Positions 1 to 7,596 of a DNA stretch of 28,489 nucleotides are shown in pieces. Source of the DNA: a virus (taxonomy: Duplodnaviria; Heunggongvirae; Uroviricota; Caudoviricetes). Positions within the stretch are counted from its first letter, which is position 1, and each line of letters opens with the position of its first letter. A model generated the notes under the pieces. It saw only the letters and a program-made list of their open reading frames with translations. It was not told the origin of the DNA and searched no databases. Location: the IMG/VR virus record IMGVR_UViG_3300032323_003295, positions 1 through 28,489 of that record, one strand, 5' to 3'. A program made the position numbers and the translations under genes.

Positions 1-4
1 AGAT

Positions 5-370
5 TTGGGTTTGGATGAAGTAAAAAAGTTTGAGAAACTAATGGAAATTCATGATAAGTATTCAAAAGATCCAAAAAGAGAAGATTTTAAACTATGTGTT
101 TCTTGTAATAGGGATGATAAGTTGGAAGGAATAACAAGTCATAAGTTCTTTAATGGTAATAGACTTAATAAGATAAAGAAATTACTATATTCAAAAAAGT
201 TTGATAAAGTTCAAATGATAATGTTAATTCTAATGATTGTATTTCAAGTAATTGATGGTTTAATTAGACATTACTTTCATATACGTACAATGATAGGTTC
301 TTTATACACTATTTTTTATTGGTGTGTGTGGTATTATAAAATGAGTTTAACATTTGGTGAAAAAAAGTAA
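5..370 (+). CDS. Hypothetical membrane protein, probably 5'-truncated by the window edge
   Basis: Frame is open from position 2 and the track start is a TTG. Two hydrophobic C-terminal segments (VQMIMLILMIVFQVI; MIGSLYTIFYWCVWYY). Contains RDDKLEGI. Followed by a terminator hairpin. Confidence 0.75.
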   Translation: MGLDEVKKFEKLMEIHDKYSKDPKREDFKLCVSCNRDDKLEGITSHKFFNGNRLNKIKKLLYSKKFDKVQMIMLILMIVFQVIDGLIRHYFHIRTMIGSLYTIFYWCVWYYKMSLTFGEKK

Positions 371-392
371 ACCTCTAATTTCTTAGAGGTTT
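369..392. terminator. Bidirectional intrinsic terminator
   Basis: AAACCTCTAA-TTTC-TTAGAGGTTT 10-bp stem with A-run before and T-run after, between convergent genes. Confidence 0.85.
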
Positions 393-470
393 TTACTTTA
401 TAAAGGGTCGACACTGGTACTGTCAACTTCCACCACCATATTTTACAAAATATGGAAAAACAGATTCTTA

Positions 471-641
471 TTATGCTTTTGCTTCTGCTACAGATGCTGC
501 TCTATAAGGAGTTACCAACTTTTTAATTTCTCCTAATGCTTTACGTGCATCAGCATCAGATTTTTTAGTTGTTTTAGCATGGTTTTCTTCAAAAGAAGCC
601 CATAAAGTTGCTAATTGTTCAAAAATTTCTTGTTTGTTCAT
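471..641 (-). CDS. Histone H1-like (Hc1-type) small nucleoid-associated protein, 56 aa, absent from the ORF track
   Basis: Translated by hand: MNKQEIFEQLATLWASFEENHAKTTKKSDADARKALGEIKKLVTPYRAASVAEAKA*. The ARKA-x2-E-hydrophobic-KKL-x3-R-x2-S pattern matches Bacteroidota Hc1-family proteins. A-rich leader before the ATG. Confidence 0.7.
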   Translation of the reverse strand: MNKQEIFEQLATLWASFEENHAKTTKKSDADARKALGEIKKLVTPYRAASVAEAKA

Positions 642-698
642 AATTTCTAATTTTTATTTTTTGTTTTTAAACCTACTTATAAAAGAGGTTTTCTATTT

Positions 699-1922
699 TT
701 ATCCGAAAATATCATCTGCATCTGCTGCATCTGTAAATCCATTTGTATCATCATCTTCTTCAATGATTGAATTAAATTCTTTTTCAACTTCTTCAATTTC
801 ATCAATACTTTTGAATCTGAAATAATCATTAACTATTGGTGCCATTTTCTCTAACACTTCCTTTGTAAATACTTCTTGTGTGAATAGTTGTTTAGTTGTT
901 ACTGATTTGTTTAAGTGATCAACATACCATCTAATTCCACCTGGTGTGAACTTCATTTCACCTGTTGATTTATCAACTTCCATTTTACCTTTTGCAATAC
1001 CAATTTGATTAAAGTATTCAGGTCTACAGAAAGCATCTAATCCTGTGTAAGGGTTCATACCATGTGCAAATGAAATATCAAATCTAATTTTCTTAGGTTT
1101 TGCCAATCTATTTTTCTGTGTTTTAAATAGAACTGAAATACCTGATTGTCCTAAGTCCATATCATCTTCTTCACCAGTTTTCAATTTTGATTTACTTAAA
1201 AATCCTAATACTGATGCAGAGTAAACAAGACCCATACCACCTTTAGATATTTCTTTAGGAAATAAATCTTGAGATAAGTATGTGTGATTACAACAAACCA
1301 TTGGAATATCTAAGAAACCTAAGTCAGAACTAATACTTCTGAATAGAGCATTTAATCCTTTTGCTCTTGTCATATCTTGTTTCATTGCTCCTTTTAATAA
1401 ATCTTCTTTCTCTTTGTTAGAAGACATCATACCAATTGAGTCAAGAACAATTATAATTTTAGGAATTTCAAATCCATCCATTTTAGCTTCTTTCAATTCA
1501 TCTAATAATTGTGTAATAGAAATATTAATATCTTCTACTTTATTAGATCTGATTAATCTAAATTTATCTTGTGAGTTATCAATACCAAATTTTGTGATAC
1601 CTTCTAAGTCAATAGAGTTTTCAGTATCAATATAGATAATTGAATATCCAGATTTCTGAGCTGATTTACAAATAGAATAAGCTATAAATGATTTACCTGC
1701 TCCTGATTCTCCTAATAAACCAAAGATACGACCACCTAAAATTCCACCACCAACTAATTTTGCTGATAATGCTGCATCCAATAAATAACAACCAGTTGAT
1801 ATAAATTGTTTTTCTTTTACTTCTTTCTCAATAACAATTGGAACTGATTTTGCAATGTTGTCCAAAATTGAACCAACTTTACTGAATTCAAATTTTTTTC
1901 CTTCTTTAACTTGTTTAGCCAT
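699..1922 (-). CDS. recA: RecA/UvsX-family recombinase
   Basis: Walker A GESGAGKS, YIDTEN (catalytic Glu), Walker B IIIVLDSIG, NHTY, GGMGLVYSASV, acidic C-terminal tail. Confidence 0.92.
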   Translation of the reverse strand: MAKQVKEGKKFEFSKVGSILDNIAKSVPIVIEKEVKEKQFISTGCYLLDAALSAKLVGGGILGGRIFGLLGESGAGKSFIAYSICKSAQKSGYSIIYIDTENSIDLEGITKFGIDNSQDKFRLIRSNKVEDINISITQLLDELKEAKMDGFEIPKIIIVLDSIGMMSSNKEKEDLLKGAMKQDMTRAKGLNALFRSISSDLGFLDIPMVCCNHTYLSQDLFPKEISKGGMGLVYSASVLGFLSKSKLKTGEEDDMDLGQSGISVLFKTQKNRLAKPKKIRFDISFAHGMNPYTGLDAFCRPEYFNQIGIAKGKMEVDKSTGEMKFTPGGIRWYVDHLNKSVTTKQLFTQEVFTKEVLEKMAPIVNDYFRFKSIDEIEEVEKEFNSIIEEDDDTNGFTDAADADDIFG

Positions 1923-1947
1923 TTTTAATTTCTAATATTTTTATAAA

Positions 1948-1957
1948 GTATATATAA
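1948..1957 (-). promoter_or_regulatory. Putative late promoter motif TTATATATAC (recA)
   Basis: Recurring upstream motif, 25 nt before the ATG. Confidence 0.55.
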
Positions 1958-2016
1958 AGTTATTTCTCTCCCCTTTCAAGATTTTTTAAAAAAGTTTTGC
2001 AGGGGAGTATAACTTT
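1956..2016. repeat. Imperfect palindrome between divergent promoters
   Basis: CTCCCCT (1968-1974)/AGGGGAG (2001-2007) and T6A6 are symmetric about 1987/1988. Outer arms AAAGTTAT (1956-1963)/ATAACTTT (2009-2016). Confidence 0.75.
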
Positions 2017-2017
2017 C

Positions 2018-2027
2018 TAATATATAA
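2018..2027 (+). promoter_or_regulatory. Putative late promoter motif TAATATATAA
   Basis: Recurring motif, 5 nt before ATG 2033. Confidence 0.55.
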
Positions 2028-2032
2028 GTTAT

Positions 2033-2758
2033 ATGACAAGAAGTGAATTTTTAGAAAGGGCTCATAACCAACATGGTTACAAATACAAATACATAGATTT
2101 ATCAGATAAAATTATTTTATCTGATAAAATTATTATTGAGTATAATAATGTGAAATATGAACAAAGAGTTTCTAAACACTTAATGGGTAAATGTCCAGAG
2201 AAAAGTACACCAACAAGAACTACAGAACAATTTATAAGTGAATCTAAAGAGGTTTGGGGTAATAAATATGATTATACATTAACTGAATATAAAGGAGCCT
2301 TAATTGATGTTAAAATCATCTATGATGGTATAGTTTATTTACAAAGACCAACTTCACACTTAAAAGGAATGGCACCAGAGTTTAGAAGAACAGAAGAATC
2401 TATTATCAATGATGAAATGAAAAAAATGGATTTATTTGGTGAAACTGAAATACATAACTTTTTAAGAAAATATAAAATTGTATCTAAAGAGAAACATAAA
2501 TTAGATGAGATAGTATTTGATTTTTATTTACCTAATCTTAGAGTTTGTATAGAGTTTGATGGTAGACAACATTTTGAACCAATTGAAAAATTTGGTGGTG
2601 TTACTACTTTAGAACGTATTAAATTAAATGATAAAGTAAAGAATGAATATTGTGAAGAACATTATATTGAACTAATAAGAATTAAATATGATAAGATAGA
2701 TGATATTTATAGAATATTATGGGATAGTTTAGCACATAAAATAAAAAAGACCAATTAA
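2033..2758 (+). CDS. Putative homing-type endonuclease: two N-terminal DNA-binding repeats plus Vsr/DUF559-like PD-(D/E)xK nuclease domain
   Basis: Repeats T-x-x-E/Q-F-x4-A/S...G-x-KY-x-Y...Q-R-x-x-x-HL-x-G. C-terminal FDFYLP...IEFDGRQHF...FGG...DKVKNEYC...LIRIKY. Confidence 0.75.
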   Translation: MTRSEFLERAHNQHGYKYKYIDLSDKIILSDKIIIEYNNVKYEQRVSKHLMGKCPEKSTPTRTTEQFISESKEVWGNKYDYTLTEYKGALIDVKIIYDGIVYLQRPTSHLKGMAPEFRRTEESIINDEMKKMDLFGETEIHNFLRKYKIVSKEKHKLDEIVFDFYLPNLRVCIEFDGRQHFEPIEKFGGVTTLERIKLNDKVKNEYCEEHYIELIRIKYDKIDDIYRILWDSLAHKIKKTN

Positions 2759-2765
2759 GGTCTTT
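2746..2765. terminator. Bidirectional intrinsic terminator
   Basis: AAAGACC-AATTAA-GGTCTTT between convergent genes. Confidence 0.7.
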
Positions 2766-2767
2766 AT

Positions 2768-3088
2768 TTACTTTCTAAACTTATGTGGATATAAACTTCT
2801 TAGTTCATGTCCTGGTGGTATATCAGATACTTTAATTCCCATTATCTTTTCTTCTGGTGTCATATCTTGTCCATCCATTAAGTAGTTATTATTACTTGCC
2901 CAAACCTCAGCAGTTCTATTAAATAGTTGTCCTACAGAGAAACAAAATCTTATTCCATTTGGATTATCAATATCAGTTATTCTACCATCAGGTGTTTTAG
3001 TAACTTTTATTACTAACCTTGGATTTCTTTTATTAGTGAAAGTAACTACTTTCTCTCTAAACTCTTCAAATATTTTTATATGTTTCAT
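2768..3088 (-). CDS. Hypothetical protein with capsid-targeting-like N-terminus (putative internal virion protein)
   Basis: 106-aa ORF starting MKHIKIFEEFRE. Confidence 0.75.
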   Translation of the reverse strand: MKHIKIFEEFREKVVTFTNKRNPRLVIKVTKTPDGRITDIDNPNGIRFCFSVGQLFNRTAEVWASNNNYLMDGQDMTPEEKIMGIKVSDIPPGHELRSLYPHKFRK

Positions 3089-3090
3089 AA

Positions 3091-3528
3091 TTAATTTATT
3101 TTTAACTTGTCCAGTTCATTTATTATATCATCAATATAAGCATTGAATTTTTTAATGTTTACAAACTTTCTATCAGTTCTTTCAAAAAAATCTTCTATAC
3201 TAGCTACTTTATCAGTTATCTCTTCTATTTTATTCCAAATAAATGGCATTCTTATATCCTCTCTTTGGTAACTATCAAAAAACTCAGGAAATCTATTAAT
3301 TGCCATTTTAGCACTTTCTACTTCTTTACCTGGTTCACATTTAACTAAAAATCCACCATCATATGGTTCTCCTACTAATTTAAGACCTACTCTATCAAGT
3401 AACTTTTTAGCAAAATCATAATCAACATCCTTATTTTTAATCTGATCTGACCAAATGATTACTTCACCTTTTTTATATGAAGGTTGTTGAAGAGGTATTA
3501 CATTTTCAAATAATTTTAAGTATCTCAT
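3091..3528 (-). CDS. Hypothetical protein with capsid-targeting-like N-terminus; possible subtilase-propeptide-like fold
   Basis: 145-aa ORF starting MRYLKLFEN. YKKGEVII...GFLVKCEPGKE...FPEFF pattern. Confidence 0.7.
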   Translation of the reverse strand: MRYLKLFENVIPLQQPSYKKGEVIIWSDQIKNKDVDYDFAKKLLDRVGLKLVGEPYDGGFLVKCEPGKEVESAKMAINRFPEFFDSYQREDIRMPFIWNKIEEITDKVASIEDFFERTDRKFVNIKKFNAYIDDIINELDKLKIN

Positions 3529-3550
3529 TTATTTCTACTATTTTATTATT

Positions 3551-3560
3551 GTATATATTA
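3551..3560 (-). promoter_or_regulatory. Putative late promoter motif TAATATATAC
   Basis: Recurring motif, 22 nt before ATG 3528. Confidence 0.55.
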
Positions 3561-3563
3561 TTT

Positions 3564-3595
3564 TTTGATATTATAAAAATAATTTACTATCTTTG
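3564..3595 (+). promoter_or_regulatory. Bacteroidota primary-sigma promoter (early)
   Basis: TTTG (3564-3567)-N20-TATCTTTG (3588-3595) matches the -33/-7 consensus TTTG/TAnnTTTG. 16 nt before ATG 3612. Confidence 0.75.
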
Positions 3596-3611
3596 TAAAA
3601 AATTATAAATT

Positions 3612-4202
3612 ATGAACATTTGGTTTACTAGTGACACTCACGCATATCACGCTGGAATTGCAGGTCCAGAATTGTCAAAATGGAAGTCTGGTTACAGAAC
3701 TTTCAAAACAGTTCAGGAAATGAATGAGTGTTTGATTGAAACTATCAACAAATATGTAAAAGAAGATGATATTCTTTACCATCTTGGTGACTTCTCTTTT
3801 GGTTCACCACAAAAAATGTATGATTTTAGAAAATCTATAATCTGTAAAACTATTCACTTAATCAAAGGAAACCATGATGAAATTTTTGATGAATTTCATG
3901 AAGAAAAAAGACAAAGATTGTCTTTTGATCCATTTGAATTATTTGCAAGTGTTAGAGATACTTATACAGGTTACATTGGAAAAAACAAATTCCATTTATC
4001 TCACTACTCACACAGAGTATGGCCAAGTTCTCACAAAGGTGTAATTCATCTTTATGGTCACTCACATGGTAGTATTCCAGATTATGGTAAATCAATGGAT
4101 GTTGGTATTGATGCTCACAAAGAGTTCAGACCATTTCATATCAATGAAATACTTCAATTAATGGATAAAAGAGAAATTGTTAAAGTTGATCATCATGTAT
4201 AA
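3612..4202 (+). CDS. Calcineurin-like metallophosphoesterase
   Basis: Motifs SDTH, HLGDFS, GNHD, SHYSH, LYGHSH. Confidence 0.9.
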   Translation: MNIWFTSDTHAYHAGIAGPELSKWKSGYRTFKTVQEMNECLIETINKYVKEDDILYHLGDFSFGSPQKMYDFRKSIICKTIHLIKGNHDEIFDEFHEEKRQRLSFDPFELFASVRDTYTGYIGKNKFHLSHYSHRVWPSSHKGVIHLYGHSHGSIPDYGKSMDVGIDAHKEFRPFHINEILQLMDKREIVKVDHHV

Positions 4203-4518
4203 AGAAGATAGATTTGAAATGGGAGACCAAGTTGTTTGTATAAAACAATATGAAACTCTAAAACCAAAAAGTCACTACAAGATAAAAGGTTGTGGTGACT
4301 TGACTTGGAATGCAGCAACTGATAAAGAAGGTTATGGTTTCTGTATTGAAGATGAATTTTTTGGATCTGATAAGAAAGATTGGTGGAAGAAACCATACTC
4401 AGAAAGAGTAAAATGGTATTACTTTACTGAACAAGAAATGAATGAGTTATTTATTACACAAGCAGAAGATTATGTAACATATACAAGAGATATAAAGTTA
4501 AAAGATTTGGGAATATGA
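4195..4518 (+). CDS. Hypothetical protein (SH3/KOW-like start FEMGDQVVCIK) ending RDIKLKDLGI
   Basis: Track ORF 4177..4518 uses a TTG. The in-frame ATG at 4195 overlapping the upstream stop is the more likely start. Confidence 0.75.
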   Translation: MYKEDRFEMGDQVVCIKQYETLKPKSHYKIKGCGDLTWNAATDKEGYGFCIEDEFFGSDKKDWWKKPYSERVKWYYFTEQEMNELFITQAEDYVTYTRDIKLKDLGI

Positions 4519-4958
4519 ATACAAATGAATTAAGAGAATTACTTAAAGAAGTTTTCTGTGAAGATGAATACAATATTTCTGAAACTGATTATATAAAATA
4601 TGATGAAGAATTAACAAGATTTAATATAAAAGTTTATTCTAAAAAAATGAATAAACATATGGTAATGATTGTAATAGAAAATTATGTAATAGGTACAACA
4701 ATATGTAAGGATATATGGAAAATGATTTGGTCTTTACCTAATCAAAATTATTATATGAAGATACCAGGAACCAGTATTAAAAGAAATCCTAAAGATGTTG
4801 GTGATCCAAAATTCTTTCTAATATTATCAAAAGATAAGATAAATGACATTTTACTCATAAATGAATTAAATAATAATTTAATTAGTGATATGAAAGAAAT
4901 GGATAAAAACTCTATGGTTATGGTAAGAGATAACAAACTAAAAAAATTAGGAATATGA
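4515..4958 (+). CDS. Hypothetical protein ending RDNKLKKLGI
   Basis: 147-aa ORF with ATGA overlaps at both ends. Confidence 0.8.
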   Translation: MNTNELRELLKEVFCEDEYNISETDYIKYDEELTRFNIKVYSKKMNKHMVMIVIENYVIGTTICKDIWKMIWSLPNQNYYMKIPGTSIKRNPKDVGDPKFFLILSKDKINDILLINELNNNLISDMKEMDKNSMVMVRDNKLKKLGI

Positions 4959-5572
4959 TAGATATATTTGGAAATACACCAATTAGACTAAACAGATTAG
5001 TTTGTCACTCTGGTGGTGCATCTGGTGCAGACACTTATTGGGAAACCATAGGTGATAACTATGGTGTAAAGACAAGAGCATATTCTTACAAAACAAAGTA
5101 TCACACTACTGAAAATAAAGTAGAAATTAGTGATAGTGATTATGAAGAAGGTATAAAAGAAATAACTAAAGCAAATAGATTTTTAAGTAGATATGGTATT
5201 CATAAGTTTATGAACTTGTTAGCAAGAAATTGGTCTCAAGTAAAATATTCTGATGAAGTATTTGCAATAGGAACTATAGTAGAACCTGGTAAAAAAGGAT
5301 CTAAAGGATTTTATAATAAATCAGAGTTTCAAGTAGTTGATGGTGGAACTGGTTATGCTGTTCAAATGGCAATAAATAATGGTAAGTTTGTTTATGTATT
5401 TGACCAGGATAAAGACAAATGGTTTAGATGGTCATATACATCACTAAGTTTTATTGAAGTCACAAAACCTCTTAAAATAAGTTATGAAAACTTTGCAGGT
5501 ATTGGGACAAGAGAGATAAAACCTAATGGAATAAAAGCAATAGAAGAAATATATAAATTAACATTTAATTAA
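4955..5572 (+). CDS. SLOG-superfamily (Smf/DprA-LOG, YspA-like) nucleotide-binding protein
   Basis: SGGASGAD, ARN, GGTGYAVQMA, FAGIGTR. Confidence 0.7.
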   Translation: MIDIFGNTPIRLNRLVCHSGGASGADTYWETIGDNYGVKTRAYSYKTKYHTTENKVEISDSDYEEGIKEITKANRFLSRYGIHKFMNLLARNWSQVKYSDEVFAIGTIVEPGKKGSKGFYNKSEFQVVDGGTGYAVQMAINNGKFVYVFDQDKDKWFRWSYTSLSFIEVTKPLKISYENFAGIGTREIKPNGIKAIEEIYKLTFN

Positions 5573-5575
5573 AAC

Positions 5576-5971
5576 ATGGAAAAAGATACAATCATAGTTG
5601 AAATGACACCATTCTTATTTGAAGATGGGAAAACCTATTATTTTGATATTAAGAAAGGATATAGTAATTCTTATCATTATCTGTTTGTGTATAATAAGAT
5701 TGAAAATGTAACTGAAAGAACAACTTGGTTTGGTCTTGGTAAAATTGAAAGAAAAGTAACCAGTGAACTCATTTGTATAAATAAAGGAAATGGTGCTTTA
5801 GTTAATGTAAAACTTAATTCAAAAGAAGTTAAGAGTGAGATTAAAAATGTAATTCTAGCAAATCAAGCAGTAACAAGAATAAAAGACTGGGATGGATTTG
5901 TTGGTGATATACCAGCAGATGCAAGGAAATCATTAGCAAGAGAAGCTAAATTAAATGACTTAGGAATATAA
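5576..5971 (+). CDS. Hypothetical protein ending REAKLNDLGI
   Basis: 131-aa ORF inside the operon. Stop overlaps the next ATG. Confidence 0.8.
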   Translation: MEKDTIIVEMTPFLFEDGKTYYFDIKKGYSNSYHYLFVYNKIENVTERTTWFGLGKIERKVTSELICINKGNGALVNVKLNSKEVKSEIKNVILANQAVTRIKDWDGFVGDIPADARKSLAREAKLNDLGI

Positions 5972-6399
5972 TGTATAAATCAGCAGGAATAATAATTATT
6001 CTAAATAACAAAAAGTTACTTTTAAGTCATCCTACTAATTCAAGATGGAATAATACTTATTCATTTCCTAAAGGTGGAATTGAAGAAGGTGAAAGTCAAA
6101 TTGATGCCGCTATAAGAGAACTTAAAGAAGAAACTTCTATTGAAATAACAGAAGATAGAATAATTGATAAAGAACCAATTACAATTCTTTATAATGATAG
6201 AAGAGGTGTAGTCTATAAAGAAGTTTACCTATTCAAAGTTTATATCAATGATATATCAGAGATTGGGTTGGATAGTGAAACTTTACCAAAAGAAATGTTA
6301 CAGATTGAAGAATTAGACTGGTGTGGTTTCTTAACAAAAGAAGAAGCTAAAACTAAAATATTCTATAGAGTAGAACACTTACTAAACTTAATAGACTAA
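5971..6399 (+). CDS. Nudix hydrolase
   Basis: Nudix box FPKGGIEEGESQIDAAIRELKEETSI. Confidence 0.92.
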   Translation: MYKSAGIIIILNNKKLLLSHPTNSRWNNTYSFPKGGIEEGESQIDAAIRELKEETSIEITEDRIIDKEPITILYNDRRGVVYKEVYLFKVYINDISEIGLDSETLPKEMLQIEELDWCGFLTKEEAKTKIFYRVEHLLNLID

Positions 6400-6426
6400 G
6401 TATGATATAATAAAGAAAAATTTATT

Positions 6427-6828
6427 ATGTCAATACCAAAACCACCATCTAGTTTTTCATTTGCTTATGCTTACCAACAACCAAAAAGAATTGAGTTAAA
6501 TTTAGATAACCCAATTTTTGTATTTTATATATGTGTAAATGGTATGTCAAGACAAAGAGCAGAAGAATATATTCATGATGTTAAAAATCAATTTGATATA
6601 TATAGCAATATAACAATGTGGATTGTTACAACTGATGAACCAACAAAAATTGAATGTGTTTATGATGGTAAAGGTAAAACTAAAGATAGTGAGATTGCAG
6701 GACTTATTGAACAAATAAATGAAAGAATTACTATCTTAGGACAATCTAATTCATTTGAAGATTTCAAAATAAATATAAGAGATTGGAGAATTGACAAAAT
6801 TGTAAAACATCTAAATGAAGAAGACTAG
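6427..6828 (+). CDS. Hypothetical protein
   Basis: 133-aa ORF with RDWRIDKI near the C-terminus. Confidence 0.8.
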   Translation: MSIPKPPSSFSFAYAYQQPKRIELNLDNPIFVFYICVNGMSRQRAEEYIHDVKNQFDIYSNITMWIVTTDEPTKIECVYDGKGKTKDSEIAGLIEQINERITILGQSNSFEDFKINIRDWRIDKIVKHLNEED

Positions 6829-7162
6829 TAAAAAAGAAAAATATGATGTAGTTAGACGTGAATTAGACCTTGAGTTTATTCAGTGGTATGACTATTATGA
6901 TTATTATGATGATTATGATTGGTATTATGATGAATGTAATAATTTTTCCTATATCAAGAAAGATTTTTATGAAGAGATAATATCAGGCCCTATTTTCAGA
7001 AGAAGAAAATGGCAAAATCAATACTTCCCATATCAAATAGTTGATATGAACTCTTTCTATTCAAAACAAGAAAGAAGAAATAAATTGATTGATGAACTAT
7101 TAGGTTATGAAAATCCTAAAGTTGTTTATAAACCAACATTTGCAGATATATGGAAAGGATAA
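6815..7162 (+). CDS. Hypothetical protein with Tyr/Asp tract
   Basis: 115-aa ORF containing WYDYYDYYDDYDWYYDE. Overlaps both neighbours as in an operon. Confidence 0.75.
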   Translation: MKKTSKKEKYDVVRRELDLEFIQWYDYYDYYDDYDWYYDECNNFSYIKKDFYEEIISGPIFRRRKWQNQYFPYQIVDMNSFYSKQERRNKLIDELLGYENPKVVYKPTFADIWKG

Positions 7163-7569
7163 CACCTAATATAATTAAAAGACTTGAAGATAATCAAGTC
7201 TTTGTTTTTGGAGCTAATACTCAGGGTCGTCATGGAAAAGGAGCTGCTCTTACTGCAAGAACTAAGTTTGGTGCCATTTATGGTCAATCTAAAGGTTTAC
7301 AAGGTCAATCATATGCCATAGTAACAAAAGAACTGAGAAAAGATTATGATCCAGTTACTTTAGATGAAATTAAAGAAGGTATTGATAATTTCATTATCTT
7401 TGCTAAAGAAAATACTCACTTAACATTTTATGTAGTTGAGTTAGGTTGTAACTTAGCTTACTTTACTGTAGAGGAAATTGCACCTCTTTTCAAACCAGCA
7501 ATAAGATTAAAAAATGTTTATCTACCACAAAGGTTTATTGACAATTTACAAACAGGATTTACTATATGA
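7150..7569 (+). CDS. Macrodomain-like phage protein (recalled as the A1S_2505-type family)
   Basis: VFVFGANTQGRHGKGAA, FGAIYGQSKGLQGQSYAIVT, FYVVELGCNLA, IAPLF, VYLP. Confidence 0.65.
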   Translation: MERITPNIIKRLEDNQVFVFGANTQGRHGKGAALTARTKFGAIYGQSKGLQGQSYAIVTKELRKDYDPVTLDEIKEGIDNFIIFAKENTHLTFYVVELGCNLAYFTVEEIAPLFKPAIRLKNVYLPQRFIDNLQTGFTI

Positions 7570-7596
7570 ATAAAGAGGATAATAAAATTAGTCAGA

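Noticed and set aside
405-438. tRNA/tmRNA-like 3' end (GGGTCGAC...TCCACCA)
   Set aside because: No T-stem pairing, no upstream acceptor, D or anticodon arms, and too little space. The pairing fits minus-strand hairpins better.
669-691. Hairpin after recA as a terminator
   Set aside because: Bulged stem followed by an A-run, not a U-run, on the recA strand. At most a processing or stability hairpin.
634-1635. Track ORFs 634..825 and 1414..1635 (+)
   Set aside because: Antisense shadows of recA with Ser/Ile/Phe-rich composition and no promoter.
642-1936. Identical 10-mer ATTAGAAATT in the recA and Hc1 leaders
   Set aside because: AT-rich, only two copies and at different distances from the ATG. 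Cannot be separated from chance.
394-1950. 11-bp inverted repeat (394-404 / 1940-1950) bracketing the recA-Hc1 unit, like the SHOCT unit
   Set aside because: Only one G-C pair, built on the self-palindromic TTTATAAA, and the 5' arm overlaps the promoter so would be mostly untranscribed.
6403-6411. TGATATAAT extended -10 box before ORF 6427
   Set aside because: Single occurrence in AT-rich DNA, and it does not match the Bacteroidota-type promoters used elsewhere. A middle-promoter role cannot be supported from one copy.
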